DNA of 64,000 nucleotides. It comes from Eledone cirrhosa (taxonomy: Eukaryota). The notes beneath the pieces were generated by a model that did no database searches, was not told where the DNA came from, and saw only the letters and a list, made by a program, of their open reading frames with translations. The stretch spans positions 196,850,001 through 196,914,000 of the forward strand of contig OZ024743.1 in assembly GCA_964016885.1 (NCBI GenBank), written 5' to 3'. Below are positions 41,527 to 61,684 of the stretch, piece by piece (positions within the stretch are counted from its first letter, which is position 1; each line of letters starts with the position of its first letter). The position numbers and the translations under genes are program-made.

Positions 41527-41607
41527 TATGTATATATGTATATATATATATATATGTATATATATATGTATATATATATATATATGTGTATATATATATA
41601 TATATAT

Positions 41608-41715
<108 letters not shown>

Positions 41716-41722
41716 TATCTAC

Positions 41723-47206
<5,484 letters not shown>

Positions 47207-47282
47207 GTATATATATGTATGTATATATATATATGTGTATGTATATATATATATATATATATATACATACATATATATATAC

Positions 47283-47358
<76 letters not shown>

Positions 47359-47389
47359 GTATCTATATATATATGTATAAATATATATG

Positions 47390-47440
<51 letters not shown>

Positions 47441-47461
47441 GTATATATATATATGTATGTA

Positions 47462-47510
<49 letters not shown>

Positions 47511-47523
47511 ATATATATGTATG

Positions 47524-47669
<146 letters not shown>

Positions 47670-47694
47670 TATATACATACATATATATATATAT

Positions 47695-47772
<78 letters not shown>

Positions 47773-47842
47773 ATATATATATATGTATATATATATATTA
47801 TGTCTATATATATGTATGTCTATATATATGTATGTATATATG

Positions 47843-47899
<57 letters not shown>

Positions 47900-47903
<4 letters not shown>

Positions 47904-50900
47904 GTTTAAATATGTATAATAAAGCCAAAACAATGCAGGTATGTACATAGAAAAAAGAATGGAATTGCAAAAGATATTGTTGACAAATCGTCTTTTACCT
48001 TAGATTTATTTAAATGTCCTTAATTTTCGAGATAATATCTCTTCTTCAGAGGAATAAAGGTCTCAAACCAGCGTTCTAAATATCTTACGAAGCCATGCTG
48101 ACAGGAAATAGTATAGAGTATCTGTTCTATCTCTAATGTCAAAGAGTTAAAATTAGGTGGATAAAGAGTAGTCTCCCTTTAAAAGGGGTTTGTTTAGGTT
48201 TTTTTTTTAATTTTCTTTTTTTTTTTAATATACATGCCTGTTTAAGTGTGTGGGAGAATGCATGAAGGTGTAGGTATGTGAGTGTGTGTGTGTGAGTGTG
48301 AGAAGATAAGTCTATTCGTAAATGTGGGAGATAGGTGTTATCTGGTGTTAGAACTGGTTTTGTGTGTGTATGTGTGAGAGAGAATAAGTGGAGGTGTAAG
48401 TGTGTGCGTGCGTGCGTATGTGGGGGGGGGGGTGTAAATATGGGGCTAGAAGCCCTATCAGGTTATAAATTGGGTGCTGAGTTCTAGTCTATTATTGATT
48501 GGTGGTTGTGTTTTATCTATAATTAGTGATTCCTTAATTCTAAGATTGCCGAGGTTTCTTTCCTTAGTTTCTATCCTAACTGTTATGGTTTTGTCGGTGT
48601 TTTTGCATTTAACTAGGTGTTTCTTAAATGAGGAAGCGTTAGTATTGAAGTGTTCTTTTATTCTTATGTGGAGTGGTCTGGTGGTGCTACCTACGGAGAA
48701 GTTGTTGCATTTGTCACACTCTAGTCTGTATACGACGTCAGCCTGGTGGCATATGTCTGTGTCGTTGATGGGGGCAGTTGGCTAGTCTGCAGCAGTTGTC
48801 ATGTCTGGTGGAGTGTCTTTTGGTTAGCTGTCCGCGTAGAGAAGGACTGAGTGGGCCAGTTGGATATCTAGTCCCTCTCGTCTGATGGCTCTGCGGATGG
48901 CTGTTGTTGTTTCTTCACTGAAGTGTGGGAGCTTCAGGAAGCAAGTGTTAGTGCCTCGGGTGTGGTGTCCTCTGTTCTTTCTGGCACGGTTTGTGGTGGA
49001 TGTCGTGTATCCGTTCAGTTTGAGTACTTCCAGGAAATGTGTGGTGTGTGTGTCTCGGTCTCTAGCGTCGGTGCATTTGTTCCGGATACGTGCCAGTTCG
49101 TTCTTTATGTATCCGAACTTGGCACCGAGTGGGAGGGTCGATCTGAAATGTACGAACAGGTCCTGCTGGCGGCTTTTTTATAGAAGCAGGTGTGGATGTT
49201 GCCTTCCTCTGTTACCCTGAGTTGGAAGTCCAGTAGGGATAGGGATCCGTGGTCATCGGGGGTGTTCCATGCTGAACTTTATACTGGCGTCCATGCTGGA
49301 GAATGTTGTGTATATTTTATCTGCCTCCTCACGGGATGATGTAAGGATGAGTATGTCATCTACATATCGGGTGAAGAAGGCATGGGAGTGGCAGGTGTTG
49401 AGGGCTCGGCATTCTAGCTGGTTCATGTAGGTGATGGCCAGCAGGCCCGATAGGCTGGATCCCATGGGTAATCCTGTTGTCTGTCTGTATGTGTGGTGGT
49501 GGAAGGTGAAGTACGTGTTGTCTACTGTGAAGGACAAAAGCTCGTGTATGTCCGTCGGGTGGAGGCCGTAGCAGTGGATATCCTCTGCGACCACGCAGTC
49601 TGTCAATAAATCGACAGCTGGATGAGCGGGGACTGTAGTGTAGAGGGAGACAACGTCTAGGCTAAAAGCGTATTTATTTAGTTTAAGATGTTCTGGCTGG
49701 AGTTGGTGTAGTCTACGTATAACTTCGTCGGAGCTACTGACATGCCGGGAAAGGTGGAGAGTAGAGGCTTGAGGACCTGGGAGAGGAGCCAGGAAATTTT
49801 GTATAGAGGTCCTTCTATGCTAGAGACAATGGGTCTTATTTGCGTCTTAGTACTATTCTTGTGGGTCTTGATGAGGTGGTAGAAAGTGGGCAGTCCTGCT
49901 ATTTCTAGTGGTGTAGTTGAGCTTAACTTTATTTGGGAGTTGTCTTCTCCTACAGATATCGAACCAAATGGAGTTGGTCTGTTTTTCGATCTGGGCTGCA
50001 GTCATGTCTGGATCTCTGTGTATAATTCATTGTCGCTTAGGTGTTCAAAGGCTAGGTTATTGTATGTGGATTGAGAGATGACGCAAAACTCTTACCTTTG
50101 TCGGATGGTAAGTATATAAGTTCCCTATTCCGTAGGTTCTTCAGGGCGAGTTGTTGTGTCCTGGAGAGGTTTGGGGCTATCTTCTTCTGTTTCCGTAAGA
50201 TGTTAAATACGGAATGTTTTAGTCTCGAGAGTTTTTCTTCAAGCTCGCGGTTGGCAGGCGGTGGACAGAGTGGGCGATCTAGTTGGTATATCGGGAATCT
50301 GGGTTTGATGGTTCCGTGGTGTTGTTGTCGAGAGTCGATATCCATTTTAGTTGGTAGGCAGCCCGACAGAAATTCGTTTCTATGTCGAGCCATAATTTGT
50401 CGTCCAGTCTCTGTTTCAATATGAACTTGGGACCCAGGCTGAGGAGGTCTAATTCCTCTCGGGAGAGGGATCCTGTCAAGTCTGTGACGAGGTGTTTTGC
50501 GTCAGGTGTGTTGTTGGTCGGGGCGCCGCTAGGTTCGGTGTTGGTACCGTCTTGTTCGCCTCTGTTGGTGTTTAGAGTTGGGATGTTGTTAAGACAGTTG
50601 GCCGTCCTGAGTTTGAGAAATTTTTGCGTTAGACGTATTTTCTCGTAGTCTCGGCGATGGTGGTATGACCTGTCTATAGTGGCGGAGATGACTCTGGACA
50701 GAGGTTCTGGGGTTTCAGCGAGTTGTGGTACAAGGCTAGAAATAGTCCGTATGTGTTGTTGTAGCGTGCGGTGTAGGTGTTGTATGAGTTTTCTTAGGCA
50801 GAATTTGTGTATGTAACTAAGTGATCGTTTGAGGCCTGGTGATTTGAAGCATGTTGGTAGGTGCAAATTTTTGATAGTTTTGGGGATGATGTTGTTATTC

Positions 50901-51046
50901 AGGCATTGTTTTAGGAAGTTTATTTGGCAGCCGGCTTTGGCGCGCTTTTCAGATAGCTGGAAGAGTTTCTTTACAGTTGTGAACTGGGCCTGGCTCAGGC
51001 GTAAGGAAAGGAGGAGGTTATAGTTCACTTGAAGCATTGTGTAATG

Positions 51047-51048
<2 letters not shown>
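47900..51048 (-). mobile_element. Penelope-like element, near full-length, frameshifted (N-terminus, RT, GIY-YIG, 3' pLTR)
   Basis: [45 protein letters not shown] and VVYRLECDKC..SVGSTTRPLHIRIKEH motifs; stop at ~48458. Confidence 0.9.
48017..48053 (-). ncRNA. Minimal hammerhead ribozyme in the PLE pLTR
   Basis: Minus strand: TCCT-CTGAAGA-A-GAGAT-ATT-ATCTC-GAAA-AT-TA-AGGA. Confidence 0.75.
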
Positions 51049-51133
<85 letters not shown>

Positions 51134-51154
51134 CACACACATATATATATATAT

Positions 51155-51269
<115 letters not shown>

Positions 51270-54200
51270 CACATATATATATATATACTTTCCACTTCGA
51301 TAAGAGAAATAAGAAATCAACCACGGTGTCCCCCAATAACAAATTCGGTTTTAAAACCTATAGGAGCCCGCCCCATAACTCCATGCTAGATGGATTTGAG
51401 AATGACCTCCTATCACTAGTAAGGAATATTAAGTTTAAAAACCCCCATGGGAATAGCAACAAATTCCGGATGAAACTGGAAACTTTAGTTAAGGACTTTA
51501 ACGATAAAAGAGATATCCTGGTCACCTCGGATAAAACCAGAAATATTTATAGCTTAAATTATGATACGTCTGGTACGTTTATATACAATGAATTAAATAG
51601 AAACTATAAAAAGACAACAAGCGCAAACTTAGATGAAATTAATAAGGAAGCATGCGCCATAGTGGATAAACTAGGTCTGGAAAAGTATACCCAACCATAT
51701 ACCTCTAGGCAACCCAGGTTCACCCTTAAAAACCATAAGGCTGACTTCATTAGTAAACCCTCTGTTAGATTAATTAGCCCATCGAAGTCAGATATAGGAA
51801 TTATCAGTAAGAAAATTTTAGACGGCGTTATACCCACCATCAGGAGGAAAATATATCTAGAGCTATGGGAGAATACGGAAGAGGTTTTGAAATGGTTCTC
51901 AAGCCTTAGCAACCATAAATCCCTTAAATTTATACAATTCGACATCGATGCGTACTACACCTCAATCTCCCCCATACTCCTTAATAAGGCCCTAATCATG
52001 GCCATGCAGAAAAGTGACCTCACTAGATCTCAAATTGATGTCATTCTTGCGGCCCGGAAAACGATAATCACATTTGAGGATGAATTGTGGACCCGCAAGA
52101 ATACGCCCAATAACTTCGACATCACAATGGGATCTAGTGACTCTGCACAAGTAACGGACCTGGTAGGATTGTACCTCTTAAAGGAGTTACATGAGACATT
52201 ACCGCACTTGAAGGGCGGCTTATACCGTGATGACGCCCTCCTCACTCTCGAGTATAAAAAGTGCAATATAGAAAGAACTAGGAAACAGTTACGTAGGTTC
52301 TTTAAAAACTTTAATCTAAGTATTACCATAGATGCAAATGATAAAACAGTAAACTTCCTAGACGCCACCCTTGACCTAGAAAGTAAAACATTTGCACCCT
52401 ACCATAAACCTAACGATAGACTAACATATGTAAACGCCAGCTCTAACCACCCCAAATCAGTCCTAAACGCTATTCCCAATGGGGTCTCTAATAGAATTAG
52501 CAGACTGTCCTGTAATGAGAGTATCTTCAACTCCAATGCAGAGTATTATGACAAGGCCCTAGCTGAATCTGGTTACGGGAGTAGATTATCATATATACAT
52601 AAGGACTCCCAAACCATGAGTGTGAAACCTACCAACATAATCACACATAGTATGGCCACAAAGCCTAACCAACTTAGAGGCAAGAATAATAGTAAGAACC
52701 CTAATGGCGGTAACCCAGCTAAATGTAAACCACGTAAAGACAATACTAGAGTCCCTCACCACAACTCTAAAACAGTAAATGATCACGCCATGAATATAAA
52801 CCATCCGGGCTTAAGCAAAACAGACAACGCCACTAACGTTAATAACGGAACCCTACAAAATAGTACACACAGTAGCGAGACTCACCCCACAGATAAGAAA
52901 AATAGAAGAAGGAAAAACATGTATTTTAACCCACCTTTTAACTCTGAGGTCCTCACTAACCTCCCCAGAGTATTCTTCTCATTATTGGAAAAAAACTTCC
53001 CACCAGGCAATAGATATCGCAACATAATTAACAAAAACGTAATTAAATTATCCTATTCGACCACACCTAACCTTGCATCACACCTAGCACGCACGAACAT
53101 TAGGAAAACTAGGGAAGGTTTCGAAGCAATTAAAATGGCAGTTAACCACCAGCAACCGACTACACTGGAAAATGGGCAACATAATAGCATCAATGGGCCA
53201 TCTAATAATATAGAGGCACCTAGTGATAATGCTAGTAACCAAACTTCGGGAGGTACGCTAACTAATCGAACCCGCAGTCGCAATTGTAGGCGGAGTAGTA
53301 ATTGTCCCCTAAGGGGGGACTGCCTCATGAAAAACATCGTATATGCATGTGACGTAACCACACACAACTCTACCAAAACATATATAGGAGCAATGCCCAA
53401 TACATTTAAAACTAGATTTAACGCACATATGTACACATTTAGACACGATAGACATAAGAATGCCACCTCACTGGCGGTATACATCTCCTTTTTAAAAAAT
53501 AATAGTACACCATACAAACTTTTTTGGAGGAAGCTTACTAGATCCATCCATACCGACCGCAGAGCGGAAGTTGTGACCTGTGTTTACTGGAATGCCATGC
53601 CATAATACACTCTAAACTGAACCTGCTTAACAGGAAATCGGAAATTTTCTCCTCTTGCCAACACAAAATCCTGAGTTCCTTCTTCTATTTTAAATCTAGC
53701 ACATAGACGTAACATATATCACGCAACCCCACCTAGACTATAGTCCCCCCCCCCCCAACCCGTAACCCAGATAGATAGGTACCCTAAGGGTGGTACAGTC
53801 CCCTACAAGATTGGTGTTTTTGCGTGTGTGTGTATGTGTGTGTATGTGTGTGTGTGTGTGTGTGTATTCTCCTTTTCTCTCTCTCACACACACACACACA
53901 GACATATGTATGTGTGTGTGCGTGCGTGTGTGCATGCATGCATGCATGTGTGCGTGCATTGTATGCATGTATATTGTACATATATATATATATATATGTA
54001 TATTGTATGCATGCGTATTATATTATGTGTATGTGTATATGTGACATGTAAGTGAATATATGTATGTATGCGTATGTGTGTGTATGTGTATGTGTGAGTG
54101 TATTATGTGTGTATATATGTGTATATGTATGTATACTTTTCTGTAGAAATCCTCTCTATATGTGGTGTGTGGCACGAATTCCTCCTATAATACTCTTCTT

Positions 54201-54458
54201 TGAGAGGAGCACGATATGCAGAGTAACACATATGTATTGTCGAAGTTGAAACTGAGAACCACCACCCCTCCTGCTGACCCAAATGTTTACTGAGGACCAG
54301 AACACCATTCTCCGCAATATCAGAGAGAAATGCGCTTGCCGGACTATTGATGACAATAACATCACATTTCAAGGTAATGGCAAAACACAGTGAATGCTAT
54401 GCACGACCAGAACACCACAACATGCACATCTGAGCAACACAGATATAATATCAATAGG

Positions 54459-54785
54459 CGAATCAACTGAATTTTTTGAGTTGAAATGCATATGGAGATG
54501 TGTCTGTGTCTATCGGACACACGTACACATAAAGAAGCTGCTGACCTAAATGTACCTGTCATGCCTGTCTGAATTCCTAAGGGAATTTTCGGCCAGTTGC
54601 TGTCTTGACCGATTCTAGTACCAGTGGGTGAATCAATTGAGTTTTTTTAGTTGAAATACATATAAATGTGTGTCTGTGTGTGTCGGACACACGTACACAT
54701 AAAGAAGCTGCTGACCTAAATGTGCCTGTCATGCCTGTCTGAATTCCTAAGAGAATTTTCGGTCAGTTGCTGACATGACCGATTA
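54459..54785. repeat. ~170-bp tandem duplication (2 copies)
   Basis: GCTGACCTAAATGT.CCTGTCATGCC occurs at 54540 and 54710. Confidence 0.85.
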
Positions 54786-56004
54786 ACCCCACAATTACTA
54801 CGTAGCGGTTCTTGCACGTGACTGCTGGACCCGGATGAAACGAAGACGAAGAATTTCCTTGCGTACCGTTTTGTACCACAGATGCGATCTCACCCTGCCT
54901 CGTTAATGTTCTATCGACACCATAGTTCAACGTTCGGGCTAATAGAATTGAATCCAACCACCAACAACATAGCTGGATGACCGATAATCACACCAAGCCT
55001 GAGTACTGTGTTCCTTGTGATTTCGAGATATACAACCACTGACACTGTTACGAAGACCAGAAAACCATACTCCATAATATTGAACCAAGTGATTGATTTG
55101 AGCGACCAAAATAACACCACACACATATTGAACTAGGAATATTGGATCCTCCGTCAATGTCCGGGTGAGCAAAAATAGATTTCTATCTGTATTGGAATTT
55201 ACGAACTTGTGCATCTGCTGTGGTGTCGAAAACAAACGCGCATGACCGCACAGATAAACAACGGACTATGCCACGTGGCTTGAACCTGTAAGTGAATTGA
55301 AGGTTCTGTAACTCTGATACACAGATTATTTATTATCAAGATGTATAAACTTGACATAACTATTATCATCTTATATTCTCTCAACTAATCACATTTGATC
55401 ATATTTCTCTATCCCGTTTTCTCCCCCCATAATTATAATATTTTTATTTTTATTTGAAAAAATCGGTTTTTTTACATTGTGTTTTCCCCTCCAAATATTC
55501 GCTTATATTTCTTTATATATTCTCTATATATTTTTTTACATATATATTTTTTTATCTTTATTTTTTTATCTTTATTATTTCCACTTTTATCCTCCTTTAT
55601 ATTTTACCTTATTCTTACTTTTATACCTTATTATAGTGTAATCTTCCCCATGCCTTATTATACACTATTAATTATAGATTATTATTATTACTCTTTTTCC
55701 ATTTCTAATTACCTCATGTACTTTCTCCTCCGTTATATATATATGTATTGTATGCCCTTCGTGTTTGTGTAGCCTCTGCACACCCTCTGCACCATACTAT
55801 CGACGCCACCCCATCTATGATTCAGCTAACCACTCGACTCCTGGGAATAAATATGACCGCAGCTAGTAAACAAGGACCCACACCCCACCCTCCCGCACCA
55901 AAATTAGACTTATCGCCCCCTACTTTTGCTCTTTACTCTCTTTACTCTTTGTTCTTGAATGTTTGGTTGGTAGAGTCCATAACACCAATCAAACCCCTTT
56001 TATA

Positions 56005-56049
56005 GCTCTGACGAATCCTACGGTTACGTAAGGAAGAAACATTGTAAGC
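56005..56049 (+). ncRNA. Type I hammerhead ribozyme in the PLE 3' end
   Basis: GCT-CTGACGA-ATCCTACG-GTTA-CGTAAGGAA-GAAA-CATTG-TA-AGC, followed by AATAAA. Confidence 0.7.
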
Positions 56050-56092
56050 CAATAAAAATCTTTTTTATGTTGTAGACGCTCTTGTGTTCTTT

Positions 56093-56305
<213 letters not shown>

Positions 56306-56311
56306 GTATAT

Positions 56312-56452
<141 letters not shown>

Positions 56453-56515
56453 TATATACATATATATATATATACATATATATATACATATACATATATA
56501 TATATATACATATAC

Positions 56516-56546
<31 letters not shown>

Positions 56547-56592
56547 CATATATACATACATATATATATACATATATACATACATATATATA

Positions 56593-58227
56593 CAACGAAT
56601 ATAGTGAAGTGTTTAACGTAAAAGTTGGTGTCCATCAGGGCTCTGTTCTTAGCCCCCTACTATTTATTATTGCCCTTCGGGCTATAACAGAGGAGTTCAA
56701 GACCGGCTGCCCAGAAATTCCAAACATGGAAGCACGGCCTAGAATCAAAAGGCCTTAAAATTAACCTGGCTAAGACTAAAGTTCTAGTTTGTAGGAAAGA
56801 AAATAAGGCGCCGGTCCCTTCCGGGAAATGGCCATGCTCAGTGTGTAGGAAAGGCGTAGGTAGAAACTCCATTTTATGTCCCAAATGCAAAATATGGGTG
56901 CATAAAAGATGTAGTGGGATCACTGGTAAGCTAACTAAGAACACAGATTTTACATGTGGCCGGTGCTCTGGTGCAATAAGTAGCAGCAAGTGCCCACAAA
57001 ATACTAGCTCTTTCAATTGCGCAGAGGGTTCTATAGAAATAGTGGACAGCTTCCGTTACCTGGGTGACAAAATCAGCAGTGGGGGAAGGTGCTCTGAAAG
57101 TACAGTAGCTAGAGTCAGAACTGGATGGAAAAAGTTCAGAGAGCTTATACCACTATTAGCCGCTAAAGGGTTCTCCCTAAAAATGAAAGGCAGGTTATAC
57201 GATGCCTGCATACGAACAGCAATGCTGCATGGCAGTGAGACCTGGGCATTGTGTGCAGAGGATATACGCAGACTAGAGAGGAACGAAGCTTGCATGCTCC
57301 GCTGTATGTGCAATAGTAATATACGTGAACGGCAAAGCATAAACGACCTAATGAAAAAATTAGAAATAAGAGGGATCAGATGTTGTTTACTCGAGAGAAG
57401 GCTACGTTGGTATGGTCACGTAATGCGCATGAAAGACGACAGCTGTATAACAAGTGCAGGGCAATAAAGATAGACGGTAGCCACGGAGTAGGCAGACCCA
57501 GAAAAACCTGGGACGACATGATAAATTCCGACCTCACACGCTTACACCTCTCCAAGACAATGTCACTGGACCGAGACCTTTGGCGGTACTCAGTAATAGA
57601 GAAGATCCGCCTTACCTAAATACAATGTAAAACCTACTACAGTCAGTAGGCATCTCTATCAAAACACCCCTCCCCCCTCCCCCCGTCCCACCACCCCCAC
57701 CCCATCCACACCGCCCCTTTCAATGTAAAGTTATGTTGGTGCCACAACATCCAGGCCGAAAAATATGAGATCGTGTAGGTGTCACGACAAAAAAACACAC
57801 AGTCTACGCTGTAAATGTGGCCGTGTAGGCAACACGGTAAAAACCTCCCAGCCCCACACTGTAAATGTGGTTGGTGTTAGGAAGGGCATCCAGCTGTAGA
57901 AAACCCGCCAGACAGTCCACGCTGTAATGTGGCCGTGTAGGCAACACGGTAAAAACCTCCCAGCCCCACACTGTAAATGTGGTTGGTGTTAGGAAGGGCA
58001 TCCAGCTGTAGAAAACCCGCCAGACAGTCCACGCTATAATGTGGCCGTGTAGGCAACACGGTAAAAACCTCCCAGCCCCACACTGTAAATGTGGTTGGTG
58101 TTAGGAAGGGCATCCAGCTGTAGAAAACCCGCCAGACAGTCCTATGCGAGCAAGACAACCACTCTTGCCTCAAGTGGGAAAACCCCCGTCCAAACCCATG
58201 CAAGCGTGGAACACGGACGCTAAACCT

Positions 58228-58264
<37 letters not shown>
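56593..58264 (+). mobile_element. 5'-truncated RTE LINE (family of 18040-21585) with a triplicated 112-bp 3' UTR segment
   Basis: Highly similar to 20105-21585, with a small deletion removing YADD near 56712. GTGGCCGTGTAGGC occurs at 57817, 57929 and 58041. (TGA)n tail. Confidence 0.92.
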
Positions 58265-58288
58265 ATATATATATACATATATACATAC

Positions 58289-58348
<60 letters not shown>

Positions 58349-58351
<3 letters not shown>

Positions 58352-58700
58352 AACCAGTAAGACCCCGACAGCTGAGCTGAAGCCGTTTCGACGGCTAATT
58401 AGCGGACAAACCTACTAAAGCATTTCCACGGACAATGGCCTGCGACACCCGCTGCAGCAACCACTCCACCTCGCAGGGCTCCTACCTCAGACGGGCTGCT
58501 GATATTCCGATCTTGCGGCGGAGCTCGGTCGTACGGGGTCCAAGGACGCTTGAGGTCTCAACGGTGACCGGTACGAAGAGGAAGCAACCGGACAATCCCC
58601 GGTATTTGTTTGTCTACCTTTCCTCTGCATTGCGGGCTGCAGTACCGGGGTTTCTGACCAAAGCAACTAAGTTGGAGGTGGAGAACGTGTCACAAAAATG
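58349..58700 (-). mobile_element. 3' remnant of a CRE-like non-LTR retrotransposon ending in (TA)n
   Basis: Minus frame reads CDTFSTSNL...PGTAARNAEER*TNKYRGL...FVPVTVETSSVLGP...WLLQRVSQAIVRGNA, then a short hairpin-rich UTR. Confidence 0.75.
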
Positions 58701-58994
58701 AATGGCTTATATAAGAGAAGCCCTATGATTTGTTGATTACTGGCACGTAGAAATGATTAAAGATAAGGATGATATTCAAATTATTTATTTTATGATATAA
58801 TTACACAAAGGTTCAGCATGTGTGCACAAATGAAATACAATATTAAAAGTATGAGTACCTTTGGAGAAATAACTCTTTATAGGGACAAATCTAAGGTTAG
58901 AACCCAAGACCTTGTGATTGGAAAGCGAACTTATTTTAGTAACATGACTGAGATAGGAAATGCACTGTTTATGTAAATTTTGAAGAGTCACAGA

Positions 58995-59039
<45 letters not shown>

Positions 59040-59129
59040 TAATCGATCGACTTTCGTCAAATCAGACCGAGGAAACAATGTTTCCATTGGTCTTTCCAAT
59101 TGCTAATACTATCTATCGGTCGCAACTCC

Positions 59130-59253
59130 AGGTAGAAGGAGCAACGTGAAATAAAGTGTCTTGCTCAAGGACATAACGCATCACCTGGTCCAGGAATCGA
59201 ACTCACAACCTTACGATTGCGAATCCAATTCTCTAACCACTCAGCCACACGCC

Positions 59254-59255
<2 letters not shown>
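59130..59255 (-). mobile_element. Second tRNA-derived SINE family (5' part)
   Basis: Minus strand: GTGGCTGAGTGGTTAG (A box)...GAGTTCGATTCC (B box)...GTCCTTGAGCAAGACACTT. Confidence 0.8.
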
Positions 59256-59297
<42 letters not shown>

Positions 59298-59748
59298 CAG
59301 CTGTAATGTTGTATACAATTCCCGAAATAGTTTATACATAAAATAAACGAGGAAATGCTCAGACAAATACATCGACCCATGCATGCACACACCCGTGCTC
59401 ATGCATGTTTTTGTGGGAACACATACATACACGCACCTGCGTGCTCCCACACCGGATGCATATATTTGATGAGTACCCCACACCCATCCGTCCACCCACG
59501 CGCGGCTGCGTAGATGGTGCACACAGTATTGTATGAGACTACGATTTTTATCTGCAGAATGACCCCTGAATAAAAAAAAAAACGATACGCTAATATATAG
59601 AAAACACTCCCCGATGACTAATCCATGAGCCTGTAAATTTTCATGAAAATCGGTCGTAAGATGTAGGCCCCTATAGGTAATACACAGACACACACACACA
59701 CATACACATACTTAATGTTATATATATACAGATATATATATATATATA

Positions 59749-59841
<93 letters not shown>

Positions 59842-60389
59842 TTTTTTTTTTTTTTTTTTTTAAGTTTAAAAGCATTGTGGCCATTTCCTCGTTTATTTTA
59901 TGTATAAACTATTTCGGGAATTGTATACAACATTACAGCTGCTGATTGGTGCTTTCTTCTGGCACGTCATATACCTTCTATTGAAGAATTCATTAAAATG
60001 TCCACCCTTACATTTGTCGAAATTGAATGAACATATCACATTCGCTTTCATTTGAGGGTTAACTCAATAGGAAATTCGTTTTCTCAAAATAGAAATGCAA
60101 AAATGAATCAGAGGATATGTCCACTTACGGAAACCCTTTCTTTTAAAATTATCGTCTCAACGTTGTCAGAGATTACCAACTTTATACCAAACATAAAAAG
60201 ACCAAAGACATTTGTCTGTTAATTGCCATAATTATGGCTCGATTGTCGGTTGATTACGGAGTGTAAGAGTATAAGGACGGAAATGTGTTAAAATCTATTG
60301 CCAAGCAGACATGTTTAGTGTATTCAAACAGAACGACGGCTCTTCAATATAATATAAACCTTCGTATATCTATAGTCCCGAAAAAATAA

Positions 60390-61190
60390 TGATTTCTATT
60401 ATAGGCACAAGGCCAGCAATTTTTGGGGGGGAGAGGAAAGTCGATTAAATGAACTCCAGTGCGTTACTTGTACTTTATTTTATTGACCCCACATGGATGA
60501 AAGGCAAAGCTAACCTCAGCGGAATTTGAACTTAGAACGTAAAGGGCCGTAACTCTCTGTCGTGAAGCAGGTTGTCCGACGCTCTACCGATACTGCCAAT
60601 CCACCGTCTTTAGTCCCGAAAAAATAATTTCTAATCTAAGCACAAAACCTAGAATTCGTGGGGTGTGGGGAGGAAGAAGTCGATTGTATCGACCCTAGGA
60701 CCAGAATAAATGCCGAATTTTATAAGACACTCTACCAATTCTGATAATCCACCACCTTCCTATAAATTATAATTTAGGCACAGGACCAGCAATTTATGGG
60801 GAGAGGAAAGTAGATTATATCAGCTCCAGCACTTAACTGGTACTTTATTTTATTGAATCCGAAGGAAGAAAGGCAAAGTTGACCTCGGCGCGATATGAAC
60901 TCAGAATTTAAAGACCCAGAACAAAAACTAGTGTCATCCGATTCTCAAACGATTCTAATGATTCTATCAATCTACCGCTCTCCTATAAGTATCATAATTG
61001 TTTCTACTTTTGGCACAAGGCCAGCAATTACCCAGTACATTACTGGTACTTTATTTTATCGACCCCGTAAGGATGAAAGGCAAAGTTAACCTCGGCAGAA
61101 TTTGAACTCAGAATGGCAAGGGCCGTAACTCTATGCGCCAAAGACTGGCGTCCGACCCTCTACCGATACTGCCAATCCACCACCCTGTAT
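60390..61190 (-). mobile_element. Cluster of 3-4 tandem tRNA-derived SINE copies
   Basis: GAAAGGCAAAG(C/T)T(A/G)ACCTC..CG..ATTTGAAC cores at ~60500, ~60870 and ~61075. Confidence 0.8.
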
Positions 61191-61315
61191 AGTATCATAA
61201 TGATTTCTTTTGAGGTCGATAAAAAACAGTGCCAGTCCACCTGTGAGGCCGATTCCTCTATACTCTTTCTTTCTCACCTCCTCTCTATCACCTTCTATGG
61301 AAGAAATTAACAACG

Positions 61316-61437
<122 letters not shown>

Positions 61438-61684
61438 AATCGAAAAAGCAACTGGAGTCTTATTTTTAAAAAAATATATATATTTATTTGGTTCCTTTAC
61501 TGGTTTCGCAGTTCTTCTGCTTTTCAAAAGTAAAGTTGAGATGGAGGGTCTGTGGGTTTTCTCACTTCTCAAAAAAAACAAAAAAACATCTCACTTTCTA
61601 ATATATATACTATATATAGAGTTATAAACTCAAAGTCTTTTACAATTAAATAGCTCAAAGAAAGAGATATTTCTGAGCCGTGAA

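Noticed and set aside
59175-59255. tRNA gene
   Set aside because: The A/B boxes run directly into a SINE body, and there is no proper acceptor stem; it is a SINE head.
59975-60045. TTGAAGA-ATTCA...TGAAT-GAAC as a degenerate hammerhead
   Set aside because: Two non-compensated core changes and no stem I.
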